Shown: positions 26,137 to 40,239 of the stretch, in pieces | Layout: the number at the start of each line of letters is the position of its first letter | How positions within the stretch are numbered: position 1 is the first letter of the stretch | Origin: Lama guanicoe | Lineage: Eukaryota | Assembly: GCA_013239625.1 (NCBI GenBank) | Contig: MU054400.1 | Span: forward strand, 4,651,802-4,715,801 | Length of the DNA stretch: 64,000 nucleotides | Direction: 5' to 3' | Notes under the pieces: model-generated | What the model was told of the DNA's origin: nothing | What the model saw: the letters and a program-made list of their open reading frames with translations, nothing else | Databases searched by the model: none | Translations under genes and position numbers: made by a program

Positions 26137-26823
26137 TGTTGCCGATAGATGCAACAGGTGTTCCAGGTTCTTGTCCCGTCCCAGAAAGAATTCAGAGATA
26201 AGACGTAGTGATTAAAAAAGTAAAGTGAGGATTTATTAAGGGATGGATAGTACACTCTCAGGGGAGAGAGGTCAGGCTCAGGTGAGCGGCTGCCCTGAGT
26301 TTCTTTGGCAAGTTAGTTACACAGGGTGTGAAAATGAAAGGGCGGAATATTCACTGGGGAGGGAAGGGTTTGGAATATTCATTGGGGAGGGAAGGGTTTG
26401 GGGTCTTAGTCCCTGATTATCATCCCAACTCCACCTTCCCAAAGGGAGGAGGGATTTTTGTCCTTATTTAGTCTGGATTGGAAGTGTCATGGCGTCGTTT
26501 TCATGATGGGTACTTCTAATCTGCAAGGCTAATTTTATTGAAATGAAGGCATAATGAGCAAAAGGTTACATTCGGACACTGGAAATTCCTGCCTTTTCTC
26601 ACCTTTCTTTGTTCTCCTCCGGGCCACTTGTCATCCCCAAAAGGCATGATCCCTTATCAGCCCCAAGGTTCCTGCTTTTCTTTCTCTGCCCAGGGACCCC
26701 CGGTGCTTACATGACGTGTGGTGTCCTGCATTTGGCCTGTGCCCCTCCTTTCTGCCCAATTCCTGCCATTTGGTCCGTGTCCCCCTTTCTCTGCTCGTAT
26801 CTAGCTGTCTGCCTGCCCTAATG
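26137..26823 (-). mobile_element. ERV1-class solo LTR inserted in an L2 3' end
   Basis: Starts TGTTG; ggttcttg...agaaagaattcag motif; tttatt (AATAAA on minus) near 26233; L2 tail sequence resumes on both sides. Confidence 0.8.
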
Positions 26824-29439
26824 CAAGTACCCCAGAAATACATATTGTTTGGTAATCAATTCTTTTAACTGACCATAATCACAAAATTCTGAAATGAAGG
26901 ACTGTATCGTAGATCCCCTGAGTTTTAAAGGTGGACAGGTAATCACTAAGAAGTTCCTTAAGATACATCGTATCTTTTCATCCTCAGAATAGCCCTGAGA
27001 GGGGACAGCCACATAGAGGTACAAAGTAGCTCCCAGTTGCAACTGCTCACTGGAGGGTAGGATGTGGGCAACACGGCCATGTCCTTCCGTTGTTGTGTAC
27101 TGATGATGTCCACCAAATCTGTTGGTACTTTTTAGTTTGTTACCTGTTCTCATTGTCATGTATATTTTTAAATTTGAAAGTGCACTACTTTAGTGGTTGA
27201 CCCCATTTCAGTTACTGAAGGGGAAGGAGGTTACCAGAGGCAGTAGGCACCAGGTACTGATTTGCTGGCATGACAACGAGTGGGCTCCTTTGAGAAAGCA
27301 GCACGTGTGCATGTGTCGAGCCTGCGAGCAGAGGCTCTCTTCAGCACAACTGTTTGCCCTGGAATATCTGCAATTTAAAAGTGACAACGTACGGGACTTG
27401 ATTGAGGTTAAACCTTTTTTGCCATCGGCAGTCTCCCTGAGGTCAGTCAGTCCTGTCAACTTTGCTCCCTTTTTAACGATGCTGGAAAACTGGGGCTTCC
27501 CAAAGCAAAAAAGGAAGTCTTCAGATAGAATTGACTTCTTCCCCAGTAAATTTGAATTGATTCTAGGGCAAGTAGAAAGGTCTATCGTGTGTTCTGAAAG
27601 GATGGGATTTAATTATGGTTTAAAATTAGTTCTATAGGAAGCGGTTGGAGTTGCACCCAGGGAGAAGAGACAGAGGACTCCAGGTAGAAGTGTGTAAATG
27701 GACTGATGCGAAAACGGGCTTCTGCCGATGAGGGTTTGGGAGTGCTGCCAGCCTTCCAACAGGGTGTCAATCAGCCTCCCTACTCGGGGAGCAGGTGGAG
27801 GACCTGCCAGCCTCGGGAGCCCTGCTCTGAGGGGCACGGGAAGCTGGGACCAGAGCAGTTTTCATTGTGTTGGAGCTCCTGTTCCTCGGATGGCACTTGT
27901 TGTGACAGCAGAGAGGTCACAGGCCAGAGGACAGCGGCCCGAAAGCCAAAGACAAGCGGAATATTGTTGGAAGCAGGTATTTAAAAATCAGCCACCGTCG
28001 GGTGGGAAGAATCAGGAGACCGAGAACAGCCGGGGTTCAACTGTTCAACTTTGTAGCTGAGAGCTTGTTTTTTTGACCCTTGAAGGCAGGTGAGAAGTGG
28101 GTTTTTTCTGCTGCTTTTGCAGACTGGGAAACCAGAGTTTAGAGAAGTTAGGCTCAAGGTAGCAGAGGTCAGTTCAGTTCATTGTGGCTAGAAATACGTG
28201 TATGAGTGTGTATAGACACACGTATATGTATATCATACATGCATTTACTGTAAGTTTAACTGATTGATACAAAGAGTTTACAGATAATAACAAAATATGC
28301 ATATTCGTTATTACAAAGTCCTTACAGCCAATATATAGCCAGGTGTGTTCGTTGATTTTTGCTCTGGCGACCTATGGTTGATGATGTTTTGACAAAGGGA
28401 GAGGCGTCCCAGTCTGTTTATTGTTTTTCCAATAAGTGTATTGCCGTTAAAATCTGACACGTGATCACCTTAAATCGACCCCTCTTTCAGCTTCAGCACT
28501 ACTGCAATCAGTAGTGCTGTCTTGTTAGCTTGTGGTGTCATTACGGGGATTGGGACACTGTTTGATTCTGTGTTATGTAGCAGTGGCTGTGTTTAACGGG
28601 CGGCGCACAAAATTCCTGCAAGATGAGCAGTGGGCTCCGGTGAGCAGCTCGGGCAGGCTGGAGCTTCCCCGGCTCCGCTGTTAAGGTCTGAAAAGGCAAG
28701 TGCTGGCCTGTCTTACTATTGAGCCCAGTCCCAAGAATGGTACCAAATGTGTGGCTGGAGGCTCAGTAAGTATTGGTCACATGGATGAGTGAGATTTCAA
28801 AGCTAGTACCAGGAGTCGGCTCACGGGACTCGAGTTTGTACCCTATGAGGACAGCGTCTTTGGTGGGCAACGAGGAAGCTCAGGGAAGATGGGGCACCAG
28901 AGACCGTCACTGCCATCAGAATCGGCGGAGAGAGCCCTGCCTTCTGGGGGGATGTTAGCGCTCGGGCAGGGACACAGAGAAGAGGAGTGAGGACAGCATC
29001 TCCTTCTGTGTCCCTTTCTTCCAGCTCTGTTGAGTCTAGCATTTTTCTTCCCCATCTTCTAGGAAAGGCAAGATCTTCTTGTGTGGTGGTGACTTCCTGT
29101 CATCATCAGTGCCTAATGTGGGTAACCAGTTATGGGGAACAAGATATATATATATATATATCCCTTTACGTCTTCTAATATGAAACAGGTCATAGCCACA
29201 CAGCACGGAAGTCGGAGAGAATATTCAGGGAAGGTGCCCCTCCTTCCATCCTCCAGTCACCAGCTCCTCTGCTTCTTGGAGAGCCCTCCAGGTATAGGCC
29301 GTGTGTATTTAAGTCAATAAGCTTATATGTATTTTCATGTTTTTACTGAGATGCCATCGTATCATACACATTGTTCTACACTGTTTTTTTCACCTGACAA
29401 CATATTTTGAACATTGCTCCATTACTGCACAAAAAGAGA

Positions 29440-29675
29440 CACCCCACCATTTGGCCACTACTGACCAGTCTTCTGTACCTCTAGTCTCTCCTTTTCGCAA
29501 ATGGAATAGAAATAGAGCCACAGCAGGTGTACCTTTTAAGTCTGGCTGGCAGGATGCATTTGACATTGATCTGTGTTGTTGCTCTATGAGCTCATCCCTT
29601 TTTATTGCCGAGTAGGATTCTGTTACATGAACACACTGCCGTGTATCCATTCACCAACTGAAGGACATCCAGGGT
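29440..29675 (-). mobile_element. Old L1M 3' fragment
   Basis: aaatggaat...tttttattgccgagtag...tatccattcaccaactgaaggacat. Confidence 0.65.
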
Positions 29676-31261
29676 ATTCTAGTATCCATATTTTGACTCA
29701 ATTTACCAATGGGTGGAATCATTATGGGACTAACCAAGTATACGTGGTATCGTTTTTGAGGGCAAAGCGTTTAGAACAGCATCCTTCAAGACACCGTGTG
29801 TAATTGTGCACGGAATTGTCCTTTTAGGTGATAATGGTAGTGGTGGTGTCGCTGTGCCCAAGTCTGGTTGACATCTCACCACTCAGCCATCCTTATTCTC
29901 TGCTGTTCTGTCTCAGGCGTGACATGTTTTCTTTGATGTTGAGGCCAATTAGAAATGTTCTAAAAGCACTTCTCTGAAAACTCAGAACCCATACTAAACT
30001 ATCTCCATATGCTGTTTTTCTACTTCAGAGACATTTGGAGGATCGTTGGACACAATCTCTTCCCATTAGAACAGGGGAAGACTCTTGGCCGTCGGGGGCC
30101 TGGGAGGAGGAAAGGGAAGGAGCCGCCTGAACGGAACACATCGGTCTCAGGCAGGCTGTGAAAGTAGATGCCTGGATGGTGGCGGGCCAAAGGCATCATT
30201 AGTTGTCTGGACGGATTTAGCTGAAGGAAACAGGAGTCTATAAACATTTCACAAGAGCAAAGCCTGGTAGACGGCTCCACCGAGGAGAACTGGGGTCTGT
30301 GTACCTCATTGACTGGTTGTCTCATTTGGGATGACCCTCTGCCTCTCTAGGCAGGATTTTTTTCTCCTAGGATTTTTTTTTCAGTCTCCCAGTGACTGAA
30401 AAAAATCCAAGAGAGGAATTGAGGAAACTCATTTTTTGACCTTGACTATTGTGTGTCCTTGGGTAGATCACCTCCCCTCCAGGTCCTCTTTGCTAGGATG
30501 GGGGGCTTGGAAGGCTGGGCCTCCTGGGCTCTGACGCTGATCTCACCCTCTCAGAGCCCAGCCTCTATTTCCTTGTGGCATCTGGTGGCATCTGCAAGTC
30601 CGGAAGCGACAGCTCGGTACTGCGAGGAAGCCCCGGCTGCCGTCACTGCTCAGCAGGCATCGGGGGCGACGAGCTCTGGGGTGGGAGAAGCCTGGGCTGG
30701 CCGAGCTGACCCTAGCAGAGTGCAGATGGAGCTTGCTCCCCCTGGGGCAAGCCTCCCTGGAAGCTTCTCTGATGCTGTCTGAATCCAGGCCTATAAGGAA
30801 GGTGATCTGGCAAAAGATCCCCTGAGCCTTTGAAAATCCCTTATATAGACGTGCACGCAATACTGTCCTCCAGAGCACCAGCCTCATGTTTTCTCTGGAC
30901 CGTTTCCAAGCACTGAGCTGCTTTTTGAACTGTCACCGGCTGCTTTGCTGGGGCTTACCTCATGTGGTCATTTCACATCCTCATTGTTTTGCGAGTGACA
31001 TTTAAAATGCTTCTCCTTTGATAGCACGCTGTATTAAGCCAGGAGAAAATCCTCGGTCGGGAAGGGTTCCTTGGGCTAACATCTTATCTGCAAGTGATGT
31101 CTTATCTGCAAGTGATTGCTTGCTGACCAGAAGGCAGAAGGCACGAGTCCTCCTTTGCTGCTGCGTTCTAGTGACATTCTGGTGGAAAGTTAATTTCAGA
31201 AGCGTTCCCTGTGCACTGTGCACCCCCACATTATTTCATCCACCTGTGTGCATAAATATTT

Positions 31262-31398
31262 TGGGTTTCTTGGAGGGGAAGGTAATTAGGTTTATTTATT
31301 TATATATATGTATATATTTTAATGGAGATACTGAGGATTGAGCCCAGGACCTTAAGCATGCTAAGCAGGCACTCTACCACTGAGCTATACCTCCTCCT
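31262..31398 (-). mobile_element. Vic-1-like SINE
   Basis: Reverse complement of the family: ggtaattaggtttatttattt...gattgagcccaggacc...ctctaccactgagctatacc. Confidence 0.9.
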
Positions 31399-31599
31399 GC
31401 CCCGATAAGTAGTTTGAATTCCAAACATCAATATATCAAGCTACATTGGTACAGAGAATGCTGATGATACTAACACAGATGTGCCGTGTGTGGCTGCTAT
31501 CCACACGGTGAACCCTCTCTTACACTAGTGGTCTCGTGAGAACTTCAGCAAGCCTGTTTGTGGACACTTTGTCCATCTAAGCTTATTGTTGGAATGCGT

Positions 31600-31952
31600 T
31601 GTCTGTTCCCTCTTTCTGCGATGCTCTTCCCCCAGAGAACCACATGTTAACCCTCACGTCCTTCAGCGTTTGCTCATGTCACTTTCTCACGGAAGCCGAA
31701 CTTTACCACCCTATTAAGATCACCTCTCACCCCACACTGTACCCCGTTTCTGCCCTACGTCTCCCCCAGCACCTAGCACTTTCTAACATACTCCTAACAT
31801 AACCTTACCTTTTTAAAGTGAAGGATATTATTTATTCTCTGACTCTTTGGACGGAGATCTCTGTCTCTCTTAACCCAGGCATCTAAAACAGGGCCTGCCC
31901 GACACATAGTAGGTCCTCAGGAAAAAGTGATGGAGTGAATGCATGCATGAAT
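31600..31952 (+). mobile_element. L2 3' fragment
   Basis: Pyrimidine-rich body ending ...acacatagtaggtcctcagg...gaatgcatgcatgaatg. Confidence 0.6.
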
Positions 31953-32698
31953 GGCATCGCTGATTGGTTACTTGTTTGTTTTCATCTCTGGACTGCAAAG
32001 CTGGGGGAAAGGCCCAGGTTGCACTGGAGGAGACGGAGCTTTAGCACCACGTGGACTGCAGCCCACATCCCTTTTCCTGCCGGGACAACGGACTGCATTG
32101 AGGCTCCCTGGAGCAAGGAAGCCACCTGCCCCAGGAGGCTCAGGCTGGCCTGGGGGAGCCCAGGAGGAGGGGTCCTGGTCCCCTGCCCTTAGTGTAGAGC
32201 ACATCCCCTCTGTTGCCTGGGATCCGATCTCCTGCTGTAAATTTCTTCCTTGATGCCACTGACCCTTTAAATGTAGGGTTTCATGAGAATACCTGTGGGG
32301 GAGGTGGAATTATCTGATGCCTCCTTAACTTCTCAGAACGCTTCTTCCCCATCTGCAAAATAGGGTCCTCAGAACCGCCTTAGAGGTCTGTGCGCATTAA
32401 ATGAGAGAATGTACTTAACCCCTTATTGCAGTGCTATCCGTAATATTTAAGCTTCCCCCCTCCTTCCTGCTACCGATCACATTTAGGATGAAAAAGCTCA
32501 GCCTCATCTTGCCTTCCTCTTCTCCCTGACAAGAACCTATGTGGTTTCTCTTGTGTTATTACTCTTCCAGTCACCCTAACTTACACCAGGGCAACATAGC
32601 ATTTTCCAGAATGTGAGAAATACGCTGAACATTGAGACTGTCACCTTCATGCAGTTGTCAGAGGTCTGGGAGAAGCAGTTGAGAGCCCTTGTAACTTA

Positions 32699-33218
32699 TG
32701 TTACCGAGTCCACACTCGTTCTGCTCGCCACACGACAGGCCAGTAAATCGGGAGACGAAGTGTTGGGGCAAGGAATGGCGACTTTATTCGGAAAGCCAGC
32801 AGACCGAGAAGATGGCAGACTAATGTCTTGGAGAACCATCCTCAAGTTAGAATTCAGGCTCCTTTTATACTAAAAATGGGAGGGGGTGTGGTTGGTTGTT
32901 GCCAACTTCTTGATGTAGGAATTCTTTGTTCTTGCAGCTGTCCACGTGGGCCAGGTCATGGTGCCCCTGAAATACCTTTAACAAAACAAATGTTATTTTC
33001 TATTCTATAACTTGTTATCTTTATAGAAGTGCAAAGATTTTAATATCCTTAAAGGTCAGTGCCTTGAGAATACCGCTCACTTGTATATCTCAGGCTAAAG
33101 GCAACATTCTTTTACAGAAAGTGCAGAGCCAGCAAGACTAAGCCTGGGAAACAGGGCACAGGGTTAAAGCCAAAGAAACTGGTCTAATATGGAGTCAGAT
33201 TTGTTCTTTTCTGTTACA
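32699..33218 (-). mobile_element. Intact ERV1 (MER41-like) solo LTR, 520 bp
   Basis: TG...CA termini with a perfect 4-bp TSD CTTA (32695-32698 and 33219-33222); tttatt polyA signal on minus; many CpGs retained. Confidence 0.9.
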
Positions 33219-35066
33219 CTTATAATATCAACCTCTGTGCTACCAACACAGGGTGTATTATCCCGTGTTTAGTCCTGTGTAAGGTAGCTTGCTTTTAAAT
33301 TTGCAGGTTGATTTCAAGTTTGTTTTGTGTGCAAAGTTTATATTCAGCACATTAGCAACCTCAGTCTCTCAGAGGGTCAGATAATAGGCCTGCGTTTCTG
33401 GACCCATTTTGAAGTTGGAAGAGACCGTAGACAGCTTCACACGCTTCCTTTTAGTTTCCATAATGAATAAAAGTTCTTTCATCCGCTGTGCTTCTTCAGA
33501 TATTCCAGAACAGTATTTCTGCTGTTTGAGGAATATTACTTTGGCTCTTTTAAAAGATAAACATGTTATTTAATTTTTAAACTCCACTTTCCTGTGGCAT
33601 GCTGACATCTGGGGACAGCCCGAATGAACTGGGCTAGGGGTTGCCACATGAAATGAAAAGGATGCTCAGAGGGGGGCCTTCTTGGGGTGGGTGGGAAAGG
33701 ACATCCAGGGAGATCCCTCAGGGGCCCTTTTGAAGGTCAGCCTCCCTGGAACAAAGCTAGTCTTTGGGGCCAGACCCATGACCTCCCCGTATTCATGCAG
33801 GTCTCCCCTTCAGAGGAGGTTTTTAAGTAATTCCTTCCCCAGGGGGGCGGAGCAGGAGCCAAAGATTAGCATCAGACCTTTTAAAAATAGAGGCTGATGA
33901 ATTTAAGAAACGCTTACCCTTTGGAAAGTCAAGTAGAGACATGGATATGTTTTAAAGTGTCTCTCTGTCTAACCCTCTCTCTCAAAGGAGATGGAGAAGG
34001 ACGAGATGAGAGCCAGAGAGAGTTAGAGTGAAAGCTAGAGAGAGGTGCATTTACAGAAAAGATGGAGGGGGGAGGCGCGGGAGAGGAGGGAAGAGTCAGA
34101 AAGACCTTGGTCCAAAACATTCTTTCCGGGAAAACTGGTCTGATCTTTCCGTGTTGCACACAGTGGGTTTGGTTCCCTGTGCTTTTCATTTCCACGTCCC
34201 CGTGGATCTTGGGTCATTGTCCCCGTGTCCTCCTGTGCTCCGTCCCCTCCGAGTGGAGGACTGTGCCCGCGGCCAGCAGCTAGCTCGAGTGCATTACTGG
34301 GCCTGGTTATTGAAGGAAGAAACAATCTTTGAAAGCTGGCCTGATTTTTTTCCTTTGGGCTTTCTTGCCTTTTCTTTACTGAGCATGTATTTCTGTGGAA
34401 TTGGGAAAAACAGAAGAAAGAGCGAAAAGAAGGATCATGAGGTGAGACTGCCTGAAGGCTTTGTAAGAGGTTGAGCGGGAAAGGCAGGGGGCGAGGGCTC
34501 ACTCGCTGGGCGGCAGAGGCTGGCCTGTTTCAGGCCAGTGCAGATAGAGTAGTGACCCAGGACGAGGAGTCAGAGATAGACAAAAGTCATCACTCTCGTT
34601 TAAGCTAAGAAAAAGAACTCCGCTCCCCAGCAGTGGGCGTGGAACCCCTCAGGATTTCATGCAGGGACTCTGCATTGTATATAGTTTCAAAAACGAGTTG
34701 CCTGAAAGTTAAACTTGCTATGGCTTGCAGGGGTGTTCACAGAATATTGGAGGAATAGCGGGGTGTCTGAGAGATGCAGATCACTTCAGAGAAACCCCCA
34801 GACCTTCTTATTTCTGCAGTTCCCTCCTGGGCATCTTCCCAATGATCTATTACAGGTGATGCCCAGGGTGTTCCTGGCTCTTGATTTTCCTTCTTCGAGG
34901 CACTGTCTCATTAACAACATATTCCTAACAGGCGTTAGTGCTGCACTGGACCTGCTCCCTTTCTGGCCACGCGGGGGTTAATGACACCCAGATCTCCTCC
35001 CGTTGCTAAGCTTAGGTGCCCTTACTAACCTGCCTGACATGGCCAAGCGTTCCTGTGGTTTACATC

Positions 35067-35411
35067 CAGGGTCACAAAATACGACTCCAAGGCCAAGTCT
35101 GGCCCAATGTCTTTTTGTACCGCCTGAAGGCTAAGAATGGTTTTCACATTTTTAAATGATCGGGGAAAGAAAAACATCAAAAGAAGACACTGTTTTGTGA
35201 CACATAAGAATTGTATGAGATGCAGACTTCAGTATCCACAAATAAAGTTTTGGGACACAGCCTTGCCTGTTCTTTTTCATTTGGTCTCTGGCTGCGCTCA
35301 GAGCCGTAGCAGCAATGGCAGAGTTGAGCGCTTGTGACAGAGACCTGGAGCCCTCGAAGCTTAAAATACTTCCTGTCTAGCCCTTTACAGAAAACGGTTT
35401 GCCAGTCCCTG
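35067..35411. mobile_element. MER58B-like hAT-Charlie MITE
   Basis: caggg...ggccaagtctggccc...gctaagaatggttttcacatttttaaatg...ccctttacagaaaacggtttgccagtccctg. Confidence 0.85.
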
Positions 35412-37029
35412 GTTTACCTCTTTGGGCTAGGTGTGTTGTACTGTTATCCGAAGTTGTTCAAAGTTTGAGATCTGAAATGGATTAAATTAATCTCATTTTT
35501 ATTGTAATGTAACAATTTCTGTTTTGACAGCACTTTTCATGTCCCCCGTAAAAAATTTTCATGCCAATGAATAAATGTTGAAACTGTCGCATACACAGAG
35601 CCAGGTGTCCATAATAGAACCCTCTGATGCTCTAAGAGAAGAAAAACTTGATCCCTCATCTTTTACCCGGCCCCCGTTTCTTCCAACCTGTTGTTACGAA
35701 AAATTTCAAGTATGCAGAGAAGTTGATGGAACGTGCAGAGACATTCACAATACGGTGAGCCCCCAGTATGCCCACCCCTGAGATTCTGCATTTGCTAACA
35801 TTCTGCTTTATTTCCTCCTTCCTACACCTGTCCGTCAGTCCACCTCATTTTGGATACATTTTAAAATAAGTTGCATATGTTTATGTTACTACACTTCAAC
35901 TGTGGGTTACTTGAATTTGCACTGTTGATGGGGCATAGCCAGAAGAGTGTGGGATATTTTTGTTCTCTGGATGGAGTAAAAGGAAGGTGCTGAAAGCAGA
36001 TGGGAGCAAACAGGAAGCTTTAAGGTAATTATAGCCTGGGTTTAAAAAAAATACATACGTTTGTGTGCGTGTGTGTACACACACATTGTAAAATTGTGCG
36101 TGCCTATGCATATGTGTGTATACGTATGTATGTATGTATGTCTACACATAAAATAATGGAAGAAAATTGTCCAAAAAGTTAGTGGGGTTTTAGAGAAGCC
36201 GATTCAGAGGCAGCTGCCGGACACCAGGACAGTGTTGTGAGATTGAAGATGCCGGAGGCCAGGCTCTGTCAGGTATCTCGATGATAAGCAGATGAGTTTT
36301 TAAAAACCAAGGAAGCACCAGCCCCATTTCTAGCCAGGCGGTGTGGCATCGCCAGGGCTGCCTGGACTTCCCTGCCCATCGCAGGCAGATCCTCCAGGAG
36401 CCTGAGTGCTCGGCATTCGTGCTGCAGCTCTGCCTGAACCTGTCTGGCTCGGCTCCAGGACAGCATCCGAGGAGTGGGAAGAGGCAGGCAAGGTGGCGTC
36501 TGTGTGATCGGGTGGCTTCAGACAGATGGAGAGGTGCCCTCAAGGCCAGGGGCCGGCCAGCCCGGCATGGGCTGGTTCCCAGGTAGGCAAGCAGCTGTCT
36601 GGGGAGCCCAGTTCCCAGGGAAAGTGTAATGTGCTAGGCAGGCTGCGACCTGAAGGCCCAGTGAGGACACCATGATCAGAGAATATCTTTTTATGACTTT
36701 ATGACAGGGGTGATTAATCTTTAACCCGTCGTGTCTGTTTATTTTCTTACAGCCTCCTCAGCTCCCTGTTTTTAAGGTCTGTTTAAATGCACGTTTGCAT
36801 AATGCTTTACAGTGTTTAAAGCACTTTTCACGGGTGGAGTTGGCCCCACTGTGATTATGTGGGGTTATTAATCTCAATTTCTTAGGAGAATTTTGGGGGT
36901 TTTTTTGCAAACTGCTTTGAATTCTTGCAGGAAATTGTGTAATCAACACTAGAGCCAATTTACCAGTAAGTGTACATAGAGCTGTAAGTCACATGTGGCC
37001 AGAATACAGCTGGCTTTCTAAAAAAATGT

Positions 37030-37160
37030 TCTTTTATTAAAGTGTAGTTGATTTACATTGTTAGTTTCAGGTGTGCAGCAAAGTGATTCAGTTACACATA
37101 TACATACTTTTTTTTCTTTTCAGATTCTTAACTATTACAGCTTATTAGAAGAAATCGAAT
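37030..37160 (-). mobile_element. Short L1 3' end
   Basis: ttattaaagtgtagttgatttaca...tttcaggtgtgcagcaaagtgattcagttacacata. Confidence 0.8.
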
Positions 37161-37387
37161 GGCTTATTTTGGCAATTGTTTTTGTTTTTTGTTTTAATGC
37201 TACAGTGCTGTTCCAGCTGGTTTGGTGTATAAGTTTTTTAATTGACCGTTTTTGCCCCTCCCATTCTTTGCTGAGAGCTGAGGCACTATGTTGGGCGTTT
37301 TGTCGAATCTTCAAAGGTGCTTAACACAATGATCCTCATGGAGATAGTCTGTGATGTTCACTTTAAACTGACTTGGAGTTAGTGACA

Positions 37388-38518
37388 GGGATTAAAGATT
37401 TGAATGTAAGATGTAAAACCATGCAACTCCTAGAAGATCACATGGAGGTAAGCTCTATGACATCGATGTTGACAATGAATTTTTTAGATTTGACACCAAA
37501 AGCAAAAATAAGCAAGTGGAACTACATCAAACTAACAAGCTTCAGTACAACAAAGGAAATCATCAATAAAATGAAAAGGCAACCTATGGGATGGGAAAAT
37601 GTATTTGCAAATCATATATCTGATAAGAAGTTAAAATCCAAAATATATAAAGAATTCATACAGCTCAACAGCCAAAACCCCACACAATCTGATTAGAAAA
37701 TGGGCAGAGGAACTGAATAGACATTTTTCCAGAGAAGACATACAGTGGCCAACAGGTGCACAAAAAGGTGCTCGACATCACTAATCATCAGGGAAATGCA
37801 AATCAAAACCACAACGAGATACCACCTCACACCTGTTAGAATGGCTGTCATCAAAAAGATAAATGTTGGCAAGGGTGTAGGGAAAAGGGAACCATTGTGC
37901 ACTGTTGGGAATGTAAATTGGTGCAGCCACTATGGAAAATGGTATGGAGATTCCTCAAGAATTGAAAAATAGGACCACCATATGATCCAGCAGTCCCACT
38001 CCTGGGTATATATCCAGAGCAGATGAAAACAGGATATCAAAGAGATAAATGTATTCACTGCAGTATTATTCATAATCAAAATATGGAAACAACCTAAATG
38101 TCTCAATGGACTAAGGGATAAAGAAGAAGCTTAGAATATTATTCAGCCATGAAAAAGAAGGACACCTTGCCATTTGTGACAGCATAAGTGAACCTTGATG
38201 TCAGTATGCTAAATGAAATAAAGTAGACACAGAAAGACAAAAACACTGCATGGTGTCACTTATGTAGAAACAAAATTAAAAAAAAATGTCACGCTCATAG
38301 AAACAGAGATAGAAAAGTGGTGTTGCCAGGGGCTGGGCAAGGGGGAAATAGGAAGAGGTTGTTAAAAGGGTCCAGACTTGCAGCAGTAAGATGAATAAGG
38401 TCTGAGAGGCTAATGTATAACGTGGTGACAATGGTTGAAAACGCTGTTCTGTATGATCGAAATTTGTTAAGAAAGTTGAACTTAAATGTTCACACACACG
38501 CACAAAGGATGAATAAAA
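37388..38518 (+). mobile_element. L1 (L1MA-type) 3' ~1.1 kb with decayed ORF2 C-terminus
   Basis: IKDLNVR...KWNYIKLTSF...KRQPMGWENVFANHISDK and [26 protein letters not shown] are L1 ORF2 motifs, broken by stops and frameshifts. Confidence 0.95.
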
Positions 38519-39574
38519 ACTCTTCATCGGTTCTTAGCTTCTAGAAATGACATGATGTAAATGCATGGGTGACACACAGACCACGTCTTTTTTTCGTGTT
38601 CTCTGTGTGTTTCTGGCCCCCGGCTAATCCTATTGTACTGGCCCCTGTTAAGGCTGTCACCGCGGCTTATGAACGGCATTTCCATTAGCCCCCCTTTTCT
38701 GGGTTTACCTGACCCTGGATTATTGTTCCCTCTGCAGCATCAAGCAGAAATCAGCACAGAGATGCTTGTGAACTTCTGTATCACCAGTGTTCTTAGATTT
38801 TTTTCAGTGTTTAATTCAGGTATTGACACAAAACTATTTTTTATATTGAGTTACATAGAAATTGTTAAGTCCTACTAACTTTTGAGTGTGGTTAAAAAAA
38901 ACCCTGCAAACCTGAAATTGGTTCTTACATGGGATCAGCATTTTATGTTATAAATTATAGACAATCAGAATAACTTACAGGGTTCAGTTGATCCTAACAT
39001 GTTCTCATGTGTGAACGTGCCCTCCTTTGATGTCAAATATATAATCTTTTCTAAGTGTAATTCTATCTATAAATATAATTCCTTTTCTCTAAGAAAAATT
39101 ATAGTTGATTTAAATATATAGTCCTTCAGAATTTTAGTTCCCTTGATATCATAGGAACATAATTCACATAATTCAGGCTATCTTAGAGTTTTCCAGATCC
39201 ATAAACTCTTAACCAATTCTTTGTAAAACTATGAGATAAAATGTGTATCATTTTTAATAAGACAGATTATGGTATAGTAAATGTCCTTTGTCTGAAACAG
39301 TTAAGGCAACTTAATATGTTTGTATATATGGGGGAAAAGGCTTAGACAGAAACCGAAGGCCAGTGGTGATTATCTTTTGGTAGAAAATTGCACCTTGGTG
39401 GTTTTTGTCTCCCATTTGCTCATCAGTTTTCTACAATTTCTACAGTAGATTTTTTTTTAACCTTAGTAAAAAGAAACAAAATGATACAAGTTTGTTTTTT
39501 TTAGTAAAGTCATTTATACCTGCTCCTCAGCTCTTCTGCTCTCCCAAGTGAGAAAGGACTCACACGAATGGTTT

Positions 39575-39825
39575 TTTCTTTTTCTTTTTTTAAAGCTTTA
39601 TTGCAGTATAACTGACAAAATGTTAAGATACTTAAAGCCGACGTCATTGTGATTTGATACACATTATGGAAGGATTCCTGTCCTCTAGTTAATTCTGTCT
39701 GTCCATCACCTCGTTTATGTGTGTGGGTGTGGTTTTTTCGTTTGTTTTCTTTTTTTGGAGGGTAAGAACACTTAAATTCTACTCTCTTAGGAAATGTCCA
39801 TTTTACAGCACAGTCACCGCCTGGT
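39575..39825 (-). mobile_element. L1MA-type 3' end fragment
   Basis: gctttattgcagtataactgaca...taagaacacttaaattctactctctt. Confidence 0.7.
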
Positions 39826-40239
39826 TTTTACCTTTCGTACTTCATTGCCCTCTAGGTTAGGTTACTGCTCAGATCTGTCCCCAGGTGCTCTGTGAGGTCA
39901 GGAGGAAGCGTAGTGTGCTGTCACCAAAGTGGCTTCACTGGCTGAGGCTTGGGAGGTTCAAGTCTCGGTGGATTTTAAATCGACAAGCCCTTTTTGGTGT
40001 GTGTGGGGAACCACACGCAGTGCAGGGAGCGTGGGCTTTGGATTCCTGGGTAAACTTGACATCAGGATGAGTGAGGCTGACCAGTCCTGAGAAGACAACT
40101 CACAGTGCATGTCTGCACACAGAGATATTTTGAAGACACCGGGTGAATGAGAATGTGACCCAAGGGCTGTTTAATGACACTTCTCCAGGGAAATGCTAAA
40201 TGATTAAAGTTTTTGTCTGTCTACACTGATTAAAAAAAT

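Noticed and set aside
37373..37972. ORFs with L1 ORF2-like peptides as a host gene or active element
   Set aside because: 5'-truncated, frameshifted L1 remnant with stops.
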